The notes beneath the pieces are model-generated. The model was not told the origin of the DNA. It ran no database searches and was given only the letters and a program-made list of their open reading frames with translations. A stretch of 25,243 nucleotides of DNA, taken from positions 1 through 25,243 of the forward strand of contig NW_021836065.1 of assembly GCF_006345805.1 (NCBI RefSeq), read 5' to 3'. Made by a program: the position numbers and the translations under genes. Shown here in pieces: positions 1 through 10,807 of the stretch. Source of the stretch: Octopus sinensis (lineage: Eukaryota). Every line of letters begins with the position of its first letter. The first letter of the stretch is position 1.

Positions 1-90
1 TTATATATTACATACATATATATACATACATATATACATACATATATAATATATATATACACACACACATGTTTATATATATATATATGT
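1..90. repeat. (TA)n/(TACA)n/(CA)n microsatellite
   Basis: Direct reading of the sequence. Confidence 0.95.
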
Positions 91-289
91 ATTAGATTAT
101 AAGAGAGAATGGAATAAGTGTATTTGGAATAATCACAAGAAGAAGTATATTAACATATAGGATTGTATTACCATGTAAATGATTAGAATAGAAATGTACA
201 GCAGACCATAAGAAGATGTATAAAAATTACATACGATCGTTTCATAATTATGTAATTTATCTGAATGAAATCGAAATGATGATCATATT

Positions 290-740
290 GAAGCTGCATA
301 ACCATTCTTCAGAAATATAAAAGGAAGAAAACTGTTCATAAAAGTTTATCCGTGTTTATAAGAATTAATTAATCCACAGTGGCATAGATAGGAGTCATAC
401 AAATTCTGTATAAATTTCCATAGAGTAATCCGACAAGGTTTTGAGAGATTTTCATAATAGTAATCCAGTATAATTTCTTTATAACAAATTGTAAATGTTA
501 AAAGTATATATACGAAGTATGTGAATATATGTTATTATTGATATTGGTTTGATAGCAATTGAGGTAGGAGCAAGAGGTATAAATAGTATTTATTTGCTAA
601 GGCATTGTTATACGAATATAATTATTGTTAAATAGAGGAGAATAGATTTGCGGATAGTGTCTAAATGTCAAGTAATTATTCAATGGAAAAGTGGAAGTTC
701 AAATGTCATGGGAGTAAAACCGAAACATCTATTTAGTGGG
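290..740 (-). mobile_element. Possible highly decayed Penelope-like reverse-transcriptase remnant
   Basis: Manual minus-strand translation across several frames and stops gives IDVSVLLP (732-709), NFHFSIE, GNLYRIC (about 420-399) and FIFLKNGY (about 321-298). These resemble, in the right order, the VDDTF, KFT.E, YRIC and F..NGY motifs of Penelope-like RTs. Short motifs only. Confidence 0.3.
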
Positions 741-909
741 AAGGTGGTATCTAATAAATATACAGTGTCTGATTCAAGACATTAATAGGGAAGAATTGTA
801 AAAATTATTTTTATTAATTGAAAAGTAGTTCTTGTTTTTGTTTTTACCTTAATGTAATCCATATGATGTTAAGCTAAAACTGCGAGATATATCTTTCTGA
901 TAAAATTTA

Positions 910-1074
910 TACAACGAGCTTCTTTCAGTTTTCGTCTACCAAATCCACTCACAAAGCTTTGGTCGGCCCGAGGCTATAGTAGATGACACCTGCCCAAGGA
1001 GCCATTCAGTGGGACTGAACCCGGAACCATGTGGTTGGGAAGCAAGCTTCTTACCACACAGCCATGCCTGTGCC
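910..1074 (-). mobile_element. tRNA-derived SINE type A, 5' half only
   Basis: Reverse complement matches the head of the copies at 2761 and 5176 (A-box-like TGGCTGTGTGGT, B-box-like GGTTCAGTCCC) and stops at the internal TA tract. Confidence 0.9.
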
Positions 1075-1357
1075 TATATATATATATAAATTAAAATAAT
1101 GAGGTAGAAATATAATATAATTTTTATATATATATATATATAGTTATATAAATTATATATATATGTTCAATTAGAAGTTAAATAAGCCTCATTAAGAGAT
1201 AATAATATCCAATGAATTTACTGGTTTATTACCTACTATTTATTTTGAATATTAATTTCAATACTAAAAAATAGGTAATTAAATAAACCGAGGTTTATAT
1301 TTATTTAAGGAAAATAAGAAAACAGAGATAAAGCAATTAATAGTAATATTTATTAAA

Positions 1358-2524
1358 CTTCCAAGAAAACTGAAGGAAGGTAAAATATGCCCTATTCATA
1401 AAGGAAGTAGCAAAGCGGAGGCCAAGAACTACAGACCTATCTCTCTGACCTCACACATCAGCAAGGTCATGGAACGAATAGTCAGAAGGAAACTAATCGC
1501 CTTCCTTGAAGAAAATGACTTGCTGCCTGACACCCAACATGGTTTCCGACTAGGAAGAAGCGGCTTAACCCAGCTCCTACAACACTATGACTGGGTGCTG
1601 AAACGACTGCTCAACCACTCAAATGTGGAAGTCATATATCTCGACTTCGCAAAGGCCTTTGATAAAGTCGATCATGGAATGATATGTTACAAACTGCGTG
1701 ATCTTGGCATAGTTGGAAAATTGGGAGAATGGCTTCATGACTTTCTGAAGGATAGAAGTCAAATAGTGAGCGGTGTTCCGCAGGGCACTGTTTTGGGACC
1801 ACTACTGTTCATAATGGCCCTCTCAGACATGCCCTCAGCCATGCAGAGAACCACAATCACAAGTTATGCAGATGATACAAAAGTTTCACAGGCAATACAG
1901 AACTCTGAAGACACTATGCACCTACAATGTGAGCTGGACAAAATATACAAGTGGGCTGAAAAGAATAGCATGCATTTCAATGCTGAAAAGTTTCAAGCTT
2001 TATGCTATCAGCATGCAAAACTAAATGCAATACCCAATAAATACACTGGACCTGGAGGGATTGCAATCCCAGAGGCACAATCAGTGCGAGACCTGGGTAT
2101 TTACATGAGTGATTGCAACCTTCATGTGCATGTTGCTAAATTGACAATGAAATGTAGGCGGCTGGCTGGATGGATTCTTGAAACCTTTTAGAACAAGAGA
2201 CCAGGAAATCATGATGGTCCTCTGGAAGACACTTGTCCTAAGCCACTTTGACTATTGCTCTCAGCTATGGTCACCATCCAGTGTCAAGTTGATCACAGAA
2301 CTTGAGGCGATCCAACGAAGCTACACGAAGAAGATAGCCTCTGCAGAGGTGCAGATGAGGGCAGCTGCATCGAACTCTCTCATGCACCAGATGGCAATTG
2401 CTAAAAAGCATTCGTGAAGTAAAATCATGTAGCAACACCAAATGGCGGTGCCCCAGCATGGCCACAGCTTGTGGGCTGAAACTAGATAAAAATTTAAAAA
2501 TAAATAAATAAAAAAAAAAAAAAA
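1358..2524 (+). mobile_element. CR1-group LINE, 5'-truncated, internally deleted RT fragment with 3' UTR and A-rich tail
   Basis: Translation gives KNYRPISLTS, QHGFR, YLDFAKAFDKV, SGVPQGTVLGPLLF, YADD (1865-1876), DLGI and, after a frameshift near 2180, LDYCSQLWSP-like FDYCSQLWSP. Stop at 2415-2417, structured 3' end at 2444-2482, A-rich tail to 2524. Confidence 0.92.
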
Positions 2525-2602
2525 TCCCTGACAGCTGTTTCGATTCAGACTTTAAAATTTTAACTAAAATAAATCTTTATAAATTTGAATCTCATCTGAG
2601 GT
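2524..2602 (-). ncRNA. Type I hammerhead ribozyme-like motif, one core substitution (left arm of inverted pair 1)
   Basis: Minus strand: CCT / CAGATGA (2598-2592; consensus CTGANGA) / stem II GATTC..40 nt..GAATC / GAAA / palindromic CAGCTG / GTC cleavage triplet / AGG pairing with upstream CCT. Confidence 0.7.
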
Positions 2603-2760
2603 AGAAAAAAAGATATACCATTACATTTTTATGTCTTATGTGTTAAGTGCACGGAAAATCTCAGCTGAGTATTGTTTTATAGAAAAAATTGGTATAGAAC
2701 TTATAAAGGAGGGAATGGAAGTATATTTAGAGAAGTATATATAAAATGTAACATAATATA

Positions 2761-3164
2761 GGCGTAGGAGTGGCTGTGTGATAAGTAGCTTGCTTATGAA
2801 CCATATGGTTCTGGGTTCAGTCCCACTGCGTGGCAACTTGGGTAAGTGTTTTCTACTGTAGCCTCGGGCCGACCAAAGCCTTGTGAGTGGATTTGGTAGA
2901 CGGAAACTGAATGAAGCCCGTCGTATATATGTATATATATATTTATGTATGCGTTGTTTGTGTCTGTATTTGTCTGCCCACCATCACTTGACAACCGATG
3001 TTGGTGTGTTTACGTTCCCGTAACTTAGCGGTTCGGCAAAAGAGACCGATAGAATAAGTACTAGGCTTACAAAGTATAAGTCCTGGGGTCGATTTGCTCG
3101 ACTAAAGACGTTGCTCCAGCATGGCCGCAGTCACATGACTGAAACAAATAAAAGAGTAAAAGAG
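2761..3164 (+). mobile_element. tRNA-derived SINE type A, full length
   Basis: tRNA-like A/B boxes, internal TA/TG microsatellite, 3' CCAGCATGGCCGCAGTCACATGACTGAAAC and (AAAAGAGT)-like tail. Collinear with the copies at 5176, 15831 and 20351. Confidence 0.92.
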
Positions 3165-3257
3165 TTTTATACTCTGGGTAATCATTAATAAGTATAGAGA
3201 TAAATGATATATTGTAATTAACCGTGTATTTATGTATCAAATTAACAAGCTAATATA

Positions 3258-3341
3258 ACCTACGACGAGATCCAACTTTATAAATGATTTATTTATTTTA
3301 ATTAAAATTCGAAAGTCTAAATGGAAACAGCTGTCAGGGAT
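3258..3341 (+). ncRNA. Degenerate hammerhead-like motif (right arm of inverted pair 1)
   Basis: ACCT-ACGACGA-GATCC...AAATG-GAAA-CAGCTG-TC-AGGGAT. It is the reverse complement of 2524-2604, with a mutated core and a broken stem II. Confidence 0.55.
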
Positions 3342-3360
3342 TACATCTATTTTTGTAACT

Positions 3361-3695
3361 GAGGCGCATGGCTCAGTGGTTAGAGCGTCGAGCTTACGAT
3401 CGTGAGGTTGTGAGCTCGAATCCCGGACCGGGCTGCGTGTTGTGTTCTTGAACAAGGCACTTTATTTCACGTTGCTCCAGTTCACTCAGCTGTAGAAATG
3501 AGTTGCGACGTCACTGGTGCCAAGCTGTATCGACCTTTGTCTTTCCCTTGAATAACACTGGTGGCGTGGAGAGGGGAGGCTGGTATGCATGGGCGATTGC
3601 TGGTCTTCCATAAACAACCTTGCCCGGACTTGTGTCTAGGAGGGTAACTTTCTAGGTGCAATCCTATGGTCATTCATGACCGAAGGGGGTCTTTA
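3361..3695 (+). mobile_element. tRNA(Arg)-like SINE type C, full length
   Basis: Head GGCGCATGGCTCAGTGGTTAGAGCG...CTCGAATCCC, central TTGAACAAGGCACTTTATTTCACGTTGCTCCAGTTCACTCAGCTG shared with the copy at 16641-17030, tail ending GGTCATTCATGACCGAAGGGGGTCTTTAC. Confidence 0.85.
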
Positions 3696-3747
3696 CCCCA
3701 TTTTTACATATAATTATGAATTGATTTATTTCTATTTCTTCTTTTTC

Positions 3748-3755
3748 TTTATATA

Positions 3756-3835
<80 letters not shown>

Positions 3836-4065
3836 TATTATAAACATATATGTATGTATGCTTGTATGTATGATGTATGTATGTATGTATGTATGTATGT
3901 ATGTATGTATGTATGTATGCATGGCATGCATGCATGCATGTATGAATGTATGCATGTAAGTATGTATGATTGTATGTATGTCTGTATGTACGTATGTACG
4001 TATGTATGTATGGATGTATTGTATGTATATATATATATATGTATATATATATGTATGCATATATA
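3748..4065. repeat. (TA)n plus (TATG)n compound microsatellite
   Basis: Direct reading. Confidence 0.95.
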
Positions 4066-4103
4066 AATTAGAAAAATATTCCCTCATATTATTATTAATA
4101 TGA

Positions 4104-4273
4104 AAAAATGAATAGAGATAGCTTTTCAGATAATTTTCCCACTTTAATAAATAGACGTTTATAAATTTACAAAAGGTGACACCGATAGGAGTTTCTGCCT
4201 TAAAAGCAGTTTTCTAACTGCTTGAAATTATTAAATTGGAAAAATTATCAGAAAAGCCAGTTGTATTCATTTT
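4104..4273. repeat. Imperfect inverted repeat with ~46-bp arms (MITE-like or foldback)
   Basis: 4104-4150 AAAATGAATAGAGATAGCTTTTCAGATAATTTTCCCACTTTAATAA versus the reverse complement of 4228-4273 GAAAATGAATACAACTGGCTTTTCTGATAATTTTTCCAATTTAATAA. Confidence 0.7.
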
Positions 4274-4391
4274 CGCAAATATATAACGCTCTACAAAAGA
4301 TTTTCTATTTTCTATTTCTTATTCTACTATATACATTATACATACATACATACATACATAAATACATGCATACATTACATACATACATATA

Positions 4392-4430
<39 letters not shown>

Positions 4431-5175
4431 ATTCAGCAAAAATTTAGATTCAGATGAATATGGTACTTAAGTTAAAGGCACCAGAATTTGGTATGGTATT
4501 ATCCATATAAATCAAATGGGGTGATTATAATCAAAATAAGCAACAAGGATACCCAAAGGTAGTGTGATAAAAAATCTGCCCATGAGTTAAGATCTTCTAC
4601 TACCATATTTTTATTGATGAAATTCACCTCTCTCTATATATCTACCCTCTTTGCAATGTTGGCAAATGGAATAAGTATAAAAATGAACATTGTCAGATAT
4701 ATTTTTGCAAAAGTGTCATAGGTGGAACTTACTACACTTCTGAAAAATGCTAAACTGTTGTACTGCACTTCGACAATTTTCATAGCTTGGCATCTGAAGT
4801 AGCTGGAGATACGATAGTTTGACCAAAAGAACAAGCAAAATCAAATATTGAAAAAGAACGCATTTGACCAAATTTGGACAACCGACAGTTTAACATAAAA
4901 ACAAGAATATATACCATTCTATATGTTTATCTGTTTATAGTAGTCTTGTTAATTCTTCTCTCCTGTTTACGAATGATTTTATACATTAACATGGAAGCAC
5001 CATTTTCTCTCTCAAATGGAATTCGAAACTCAACTTTCTTTATGCCCGTAGTTTTTATGGCTTTAGCCAAAAAAAAACTCGAGTTTACTTCACTGAATCC
5101 GGTTGGTTTCTAAAACGGCAAAAGGAACAGGTAAGTTCTGAAGTCAAAAGGTAAAACTTTAAAAATGTTTTCCTC

Positions 5176-5578
5176 GGCGCAGGAGTGGTTGTGTAGTAAG
5201 AAGCTTACTTCCAAACTACATGGTTCCGGGTTCAGTTCCACTGTGTGGCACCTTCAGCAAGTGTCTTCTACTATAGCCTCGGGCTGACTAAAGACTTGTG
5301 AGTGGATTTGGTAGACGGATACTGAAAAAGCCCTTCAAATATATATGTATATATGCATGCATGTATGTATGTGTATGTTTGTGTGGTTGTCCTCCATCAT
5401 CGCTTGACAACCGATGTTGGTGTGTTTACATCCCTGTAATCTAGCGGTTTTGGAATACGAGACCGATAAAATAAGTACTAGGCTTACGAAGAATAAGTCC
5501 TGGGATCGATTCGTTCGACTAAAGGCGGTGCTCTAGCATGGCCGCAGTCAAATGACTGCAACAAATAAGAGAATGAAA
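5176..5578 (+). mobile_element. tRNA-derived SINE type A, full length
   Basis: Collinear with 2761-3164 from GGCGCAGGAGTGG to GGCGGTGCTCTAGCATGGCCGCAGTCAAATGACTG. Confidence 0.92.
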
Positions 5579-5592
5579 GAATATTGTAGGTA

Positions 5593-5758
5593 CAAGACCG
5601 GAAATGCTGAGGGATGAATCGATTCCAACGCTGAACTGACACTTATTTCAGTAACCCGAAAGGATAAACAACAAAGTGGACCTCGTCGGTGTTTGAACCG
5701 AGTAAAAAACCCGAGTATTTTGTGTGTCACTGTAGTGTTTCTGCCATTCCACCGCTCT
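5593..5758 (-). mobile_element. tRNA-derived SINE type B, old diverged copy
   Basis: Degenerate match to 18978-19193 (CCCGAAAGGAT..AAAGT.GACCTCG.CGG..TTTGAAC and GTTTCTGCCA motifs). Confidence 0.7.
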
Positions 5759-5996
5759 CTAGTTGTGCCTGAATTTATTTACAATAAAATGTATAAACAT
5801 AGTGTTTCTAACGTCAGAGAAGAGATATGAATTCGCGATAAATAATTGGAGAGGTTGTCATTACAATAACCACTTAGCAAATAGAGCTGTTTTCTTGGAT
5901 TGGGAGGGGAATAGGAAATAAATAAATAAATAAATAATACAAACAAACAAAAAGGTAAAAACATGGAACATAAACCACAGAGAAGAATCATTTTAA

Positions 5997-6050
5997 TGAA
6001 TAATAATAATGATAATGATGATGATGATGATGATGTTAATAATAATAATA

Positions 6051-6117
<67 letters not shown>

Positions 6118-6414
6118 CAACAACAACAAAAACAAAAAAACAAGATAATCCGGATGTCTATTCTGATTTTCAAAATCTCCATCCCTCCACCCCACCATTG
6201 CCACCCTTTCTATAATTCTTTGACTTGAACGAACGCGAACTTTATTGAAAAGTTAAACAGATGAAACCATCATCATCATCATCGTGAACCTCATCACCAC
6301 CACCACCACACCACCACCACCACCACCACCACCACCACCACCACCACCACCATCACAATCACCATCATCATTATCATCACCGCCGCCGCCACGATGACGA
6401 CGACCACTACCAAC

Positions 6415-6447
<33 letters not shown>

Positions 6448-6574
6448 GTCATCATTATCATCATCATCACTACCACCACCACCACCACCATCACCACCAT
6501 AATCATCATCATCATCGGCAGCAGCAGTATCATCATCATCCTCCCCATCATCATTATCAACATCACCATTATCA

Positions 6575-6633
<59 letters not shown>

Positions 6634-6747
6634 ATTATTATTAACATCATCATCGTCATCATTATCATCATCATCACCACCACCATCACAATCACCATCA
6701 TCATTATCATCGCCGCCGCCACGACGACGACGACCACTACCAACACC

Positions 6748-6781
<34 letters not shown>

Positions 6782-6905
6782 TCACTACCACCATCACCAC
6801 CAACACCACCACCATCACCACCATAATCATCATCATCATCATCATCGCCGCGACGACGACGACGACGACCACCACCACCACCATCACCACCACCACCACC
6901 ACCAA
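5997..6905. repeat. Compound trinucleotide microsatellites (AAT, GAT, CAC, CAT, ATT)
   Basis: Direct reading. Source of the poly-I/M/V/G/D/N ORFs in the track. Confidence 0.9.
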
Positions 6906-7249
6906 AACCAGTAATTGTAATAATTGCCACAATAAAGAAACACAATGTCGTTCCTTGAGATGGAAATCTTCGTTCACTAAATCTTATATTAATTGCAAAG
7001 TTGGCAGAATTGTCAAAATTTGTCCTTTTTGTTTGTTTGTTTGTTTGTTTGTTTGTGTTTTTTAGTCTCTTTTGTTTTTGCTTTCTTGAATCAATGGAAG
7101 AGTGACAGCCGGGGGGGGGAGGCAACATAGTTTTAATAAAGTGCAACCGAGGCAAGGAATTGAAGACATAATAAATAAATAGAATGGAAATCGAAATGAA
7201 ATCGAAATTAAATTTAAAAAAAAAGAAAATAAAAATTACTGAACCATCC

Positions 7250-7713
7250 TATTTATCATCAGCATCATCATCAGCAACAACACAAAATCCTCATCCTCCT
7301 TCTCATCATCATCATCATTATAGTCGTCGTCGTTGTCATCACCACCACCACCACCACCACCACCACCTCCACCACCACCACCACCACCACCACCTCCACC
7401 ACTACTGCCACCACCTCTGCCACCAGCACCAGCGCCATCAACATCATCATCATCGTCGTCATCATCAACAACAGTGACAAAATCCTCTTCCTCCTCCTTG
7501 TCGTCTTCGTCACCACCACCGCCACCACCACCACCACCACCACCACCACCACCACCACCACTACCACCACAAACACTACCCCCACCCCACTACCACCACA
7601 GCCACCATTGTCATTATCATTATCATCACTGTCATCGTCATCATCGTTATCATCATTGTTGTCAACGTCTTCAGCAACACTACCACCACCACCACCGCCT
7701 ATGTCACCCCATC

Positions 7714-7744
<31 letters not shown>

Positions 7745-7910
7745 CCATCACCATCACCATCATCATCATCATCCTCATCATCATCATCATCATCTTCATC
7801 GTCATTAGTATCATGATCATTCTCCTACCCCTCCTCCTCCTCCTCCTCCTCCTCCTCCTCATCATCATCATCATCATCATCGCCCCCACTACTTACCACC
7901 ACCTCCACAA
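7250..7910. repeat. Compound (CAT)/(CAC)/(CTC) low-complexity tract
   Basis: Direct reading. Confidence 0.9.
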
Positions 7911-8390
7911 TTATGGAAAACCCACATGGACAGCAACACTAACAACAAGAATAGCAGGAGCAGCCACAGCAATTTTTAAAAATCGAACCATCGAAGTCAT
8001 CTGATTGGAAACAATGGAACTAAAACAACGGAATCGAAACAAGAAAAAGAAGTGAAACCAAAGAGGAATCCTGAAGAAATTATGGCAGCCGGTTTATGAA
8101 ATGGCGGCGGCGACGGCGGCGGTAAGTTTGGTGAAGTTTCTTAGCAGAGAGAGGAGGATGGAGACGAAGAGGAGGACGTTGGAGGCAAAATGCTTAGAAA
8201 TTAAAAAAAAAAAAAATAAAATGTAAAAACAGGAAAATAAATAAATAAATATATGAGCAATAAAAAAAAATTAAAAAAGAAAATATGGAAAGGAAAGCGA
8301 ATAAAAGAATCGGCGAATTCTTTAAGTGTGTTTCTCGAAGAGTATTTTAATAGCTTCAAAAGTGAACCAGCTTAAAGCCGAAGGCATTTG

Positions 8391-8495
<105 letters not shown>

Positions 8496-8539
8496 TGGCA
8501 AGAAATTAGTTGAGTTCGGAAGTAGGCAAGTTTCGACAA

Positions 8540-8708
8540 TAACAACCATGTTGATGATGATGATGATGATGATGATGGTGATGGTGATGATGATGATGAT
8601 GATGGTGATGGCAATGATGATGGCGATGATGATGATGATGATGATGATGGTAATAATAATAAATAATAATAATAATAACACCATAAACAATAATGATGAT
8701 GATAATAA

Positions 8709-8748
<40 letters not shown>

Positions 8749-8857
8749 GCTATTAATAATAATAATAGTAATAATAATCAAAATAATAATAATAATAATA
8801 ATAATGATAATAAAAATAATAATAATAATAATAATAATGATAATAAAAATAAAAATG

Positions 8858-8888
<31 letters not shown>

Positions 8889-9537
8889 CAATAATAATGA
8901 TGATGGTAACGGTGATGATGATTATTATGACAATAATGGTGATAATGATTATAATGAGGATAAAAACAACGGTTACAATGATGATGATTGTAATAATAAT
9001 GATAATTATTATCATTATTATTATTATTATCATTATTATTATTATTGTTATTATTGTTATTGTTGTTGTTGTTGTTCTTCTTCTTCTTATTATTATTATC
9101 ATCATCAGCATCATTATTATTATTATTATTATTGTTAAGATTATTACTATTTTTATCATTATTATTATTATTACTATTATTATTATTAAACAATAAAAGT
9201 AATAAAAACTACAACAACAGCAGTAACGGTGAATATGAGTGGCAGCAGTCACGTGAAGCTGTAGAATAATATCGTTCAGAAAGAAAGTTTGGTTTTTCTC
9301 TCAAAATTAGCAAAACAAGGCAAATAAATTGGGGGGGGGGGAGAAATAAGAAAAGAAAAAAGTACTCAAGGAATTAGTCGTCTTTTGTGCTTTTGTTTTT
9401 TTTTTAGTTAAATACCAATAATGGTAGCATCGTCGTCATCATCCTCCTCCTCCTACTCATCGTCATTGTCATCGTCATGACGACGACGACTACCATCAGC
9501 ACCACAGCCACCACCACCATCATCATCATCATCAACG

Positions 9538-9582
<45 letters not shown>

Positions 9583-9590
9583 CCACCACC

Positions 9591-9624
<34 letters not shown>

Positions 9625-9760
9625 TCATCACCACCACCACCACCATCATCATTATCATCATCACCATCATTATCGTCGTCGTCGTCGTCATCATCATCAT
9701 CAGCATCAGCAACAGCAGCAACAGTTGCAGTAATAGCAGCAAATATACAAGAACAAGAAG
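8540..9760. repeat. Compound (GAT)/(AAT)/(ACT)/(CAT)/(CAC) microsatellites with short unique gaps
   Basis: Direct reading. Confidence 0.9.
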
Positions 9761-10054
9761 AAGAAGCAAAGTCTAATTCTTTCCAACAACCTTTGTTGTT
9801 ACAACCAAACACGAGTCTTTCTAGGAATTACGGCAAAAATATTATTTTTCTGTTTCAAAAAAAAAGCCAAAAAGCAAAAAAAAAAAAATTCTTTGAAAAC
9901 GTAAGAGAAGAAGAAGAAGAAGAAGAAAAACCAAGAAAAAATTGCAGTTGTTGTCTTCGTCAATAAAAGTACTTTGGAATAACCAGAAACACAACAACAG
10001 AAAAAAAAAATTACGGTAGTAATGTCATAGGTAACAACCGTTACCAACAATAAT

Positions 10055-10173
10055 GACATCTTCCGGCACTTGCCATTCTGGGTTCGATTTCCACTGAGAT
10101 CGACTTTACCTCTAACACTTTCGGGGTCGATGAAATAAATACAAGTTCAGGCTTTGTGCCTATAGCATAAAAG

Positions 10174-10174
<1 letters not shown>
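10055..10174 (+). mobile_element. SINE type B, deleted fragment running into a (TTA)n tail
   Basis: B-box GGGTTCGATTTCC, then GATCGACTTTACC..CTTTCGGGGTCGATGAAATAAATAC and TGTGCCTATAG..AAAAGG, matching the reverse complement of 18978-19193. Confidence 0.75.

Positions 10175-10251
<77 letters not shown>
10175..10251. repeat. (TTA)n tract
   Basis: About 25 perfect units. Confidence 0.97.
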
Positions 10252-10807
10252 GAGTGAGAGAGCAGTGCATGCCATCAAAGCGACACTGAGGTAAAATATA
10301 CGAAGCCCAGTATACACATCATGAGTACCTGTCTGATAAGGGTACACCAGGCACATGCATCACAACCATATGTGCACGACATGGTGATCTCATATTAAGA
10401 TAAACAGCACATGACCTTGCAGGTGGGGCCCAGTTAGAATTTTCTTCTGGTCGGGTAACCCATCCCGCTCAAAAGGTCCCTGAATAAGGGTTGTTTAAGG
10501 ATGTTGAATGAAACACCCACGTTTCCAGAGGTGAATTATTCAAACCCCAAAGAATTTCTTTCAACACATGGCTATGATGCTCCCCCACTACTTCTGCCCG
10601 TGATCAGAGATCCACATATTGTCAGCCACTAAGGGACATGGTCAACTGGTTAACGTCAAACAACTGACAAGCAAATCTTTGGTATTGAGCAGAATATTTG
10701 CTGTAGTCCATCTTTTATACCAAGGCAAAACAATGTACATGATAACAATTCCAATCAGTTAAGATCAGAAACCATGAGAGCCACTGCCAGGTACTGCATC
10801 AGGGCAT
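10252..10807 (-). mobile_element. 556-bp non-coding element bounded on both sides by (TTA)n; candidate non-autonomous partner of Dong-type LINEs
   Basis: GC-richer unique block with sharp (TTA)n borders, no long ORF and no tRNA A/B boxes seen. Strand is inferred from the neighbouring elements and their tails. Confidence 0.5.

Noticed and set aside
100-880. Mitochondrial insertion (NUMT)
   Set aside because: AT-rich, but no mitochondrial protein or rRNA motif was recovered in any frame.
3361-3435. tRNA genes at SINE heads (also 17712 and 21398)
   Set aside because: A/B boxes are present but the acceptor stems do not close and the sequence continues into SINE bodies.
3732-4087. YI/CMYV-repeat ORFs here and at 22207-22685 and 23896-25084
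   Set aside because: Translations of (TA)n and (TATG)n tracts.
4634-5113. Hydrophobic ORFs suggesting a GPCR or membrane protein
   Set aside because: Short, on opposite strands, flanked by stops in all frames, and lacking family motifs.
10325-10530. Hammerhead cores in element X (CTGATAA; CTGAATA...GAAAC)
   Set aside because: Core mismatches and no stem I or stem II pairing.
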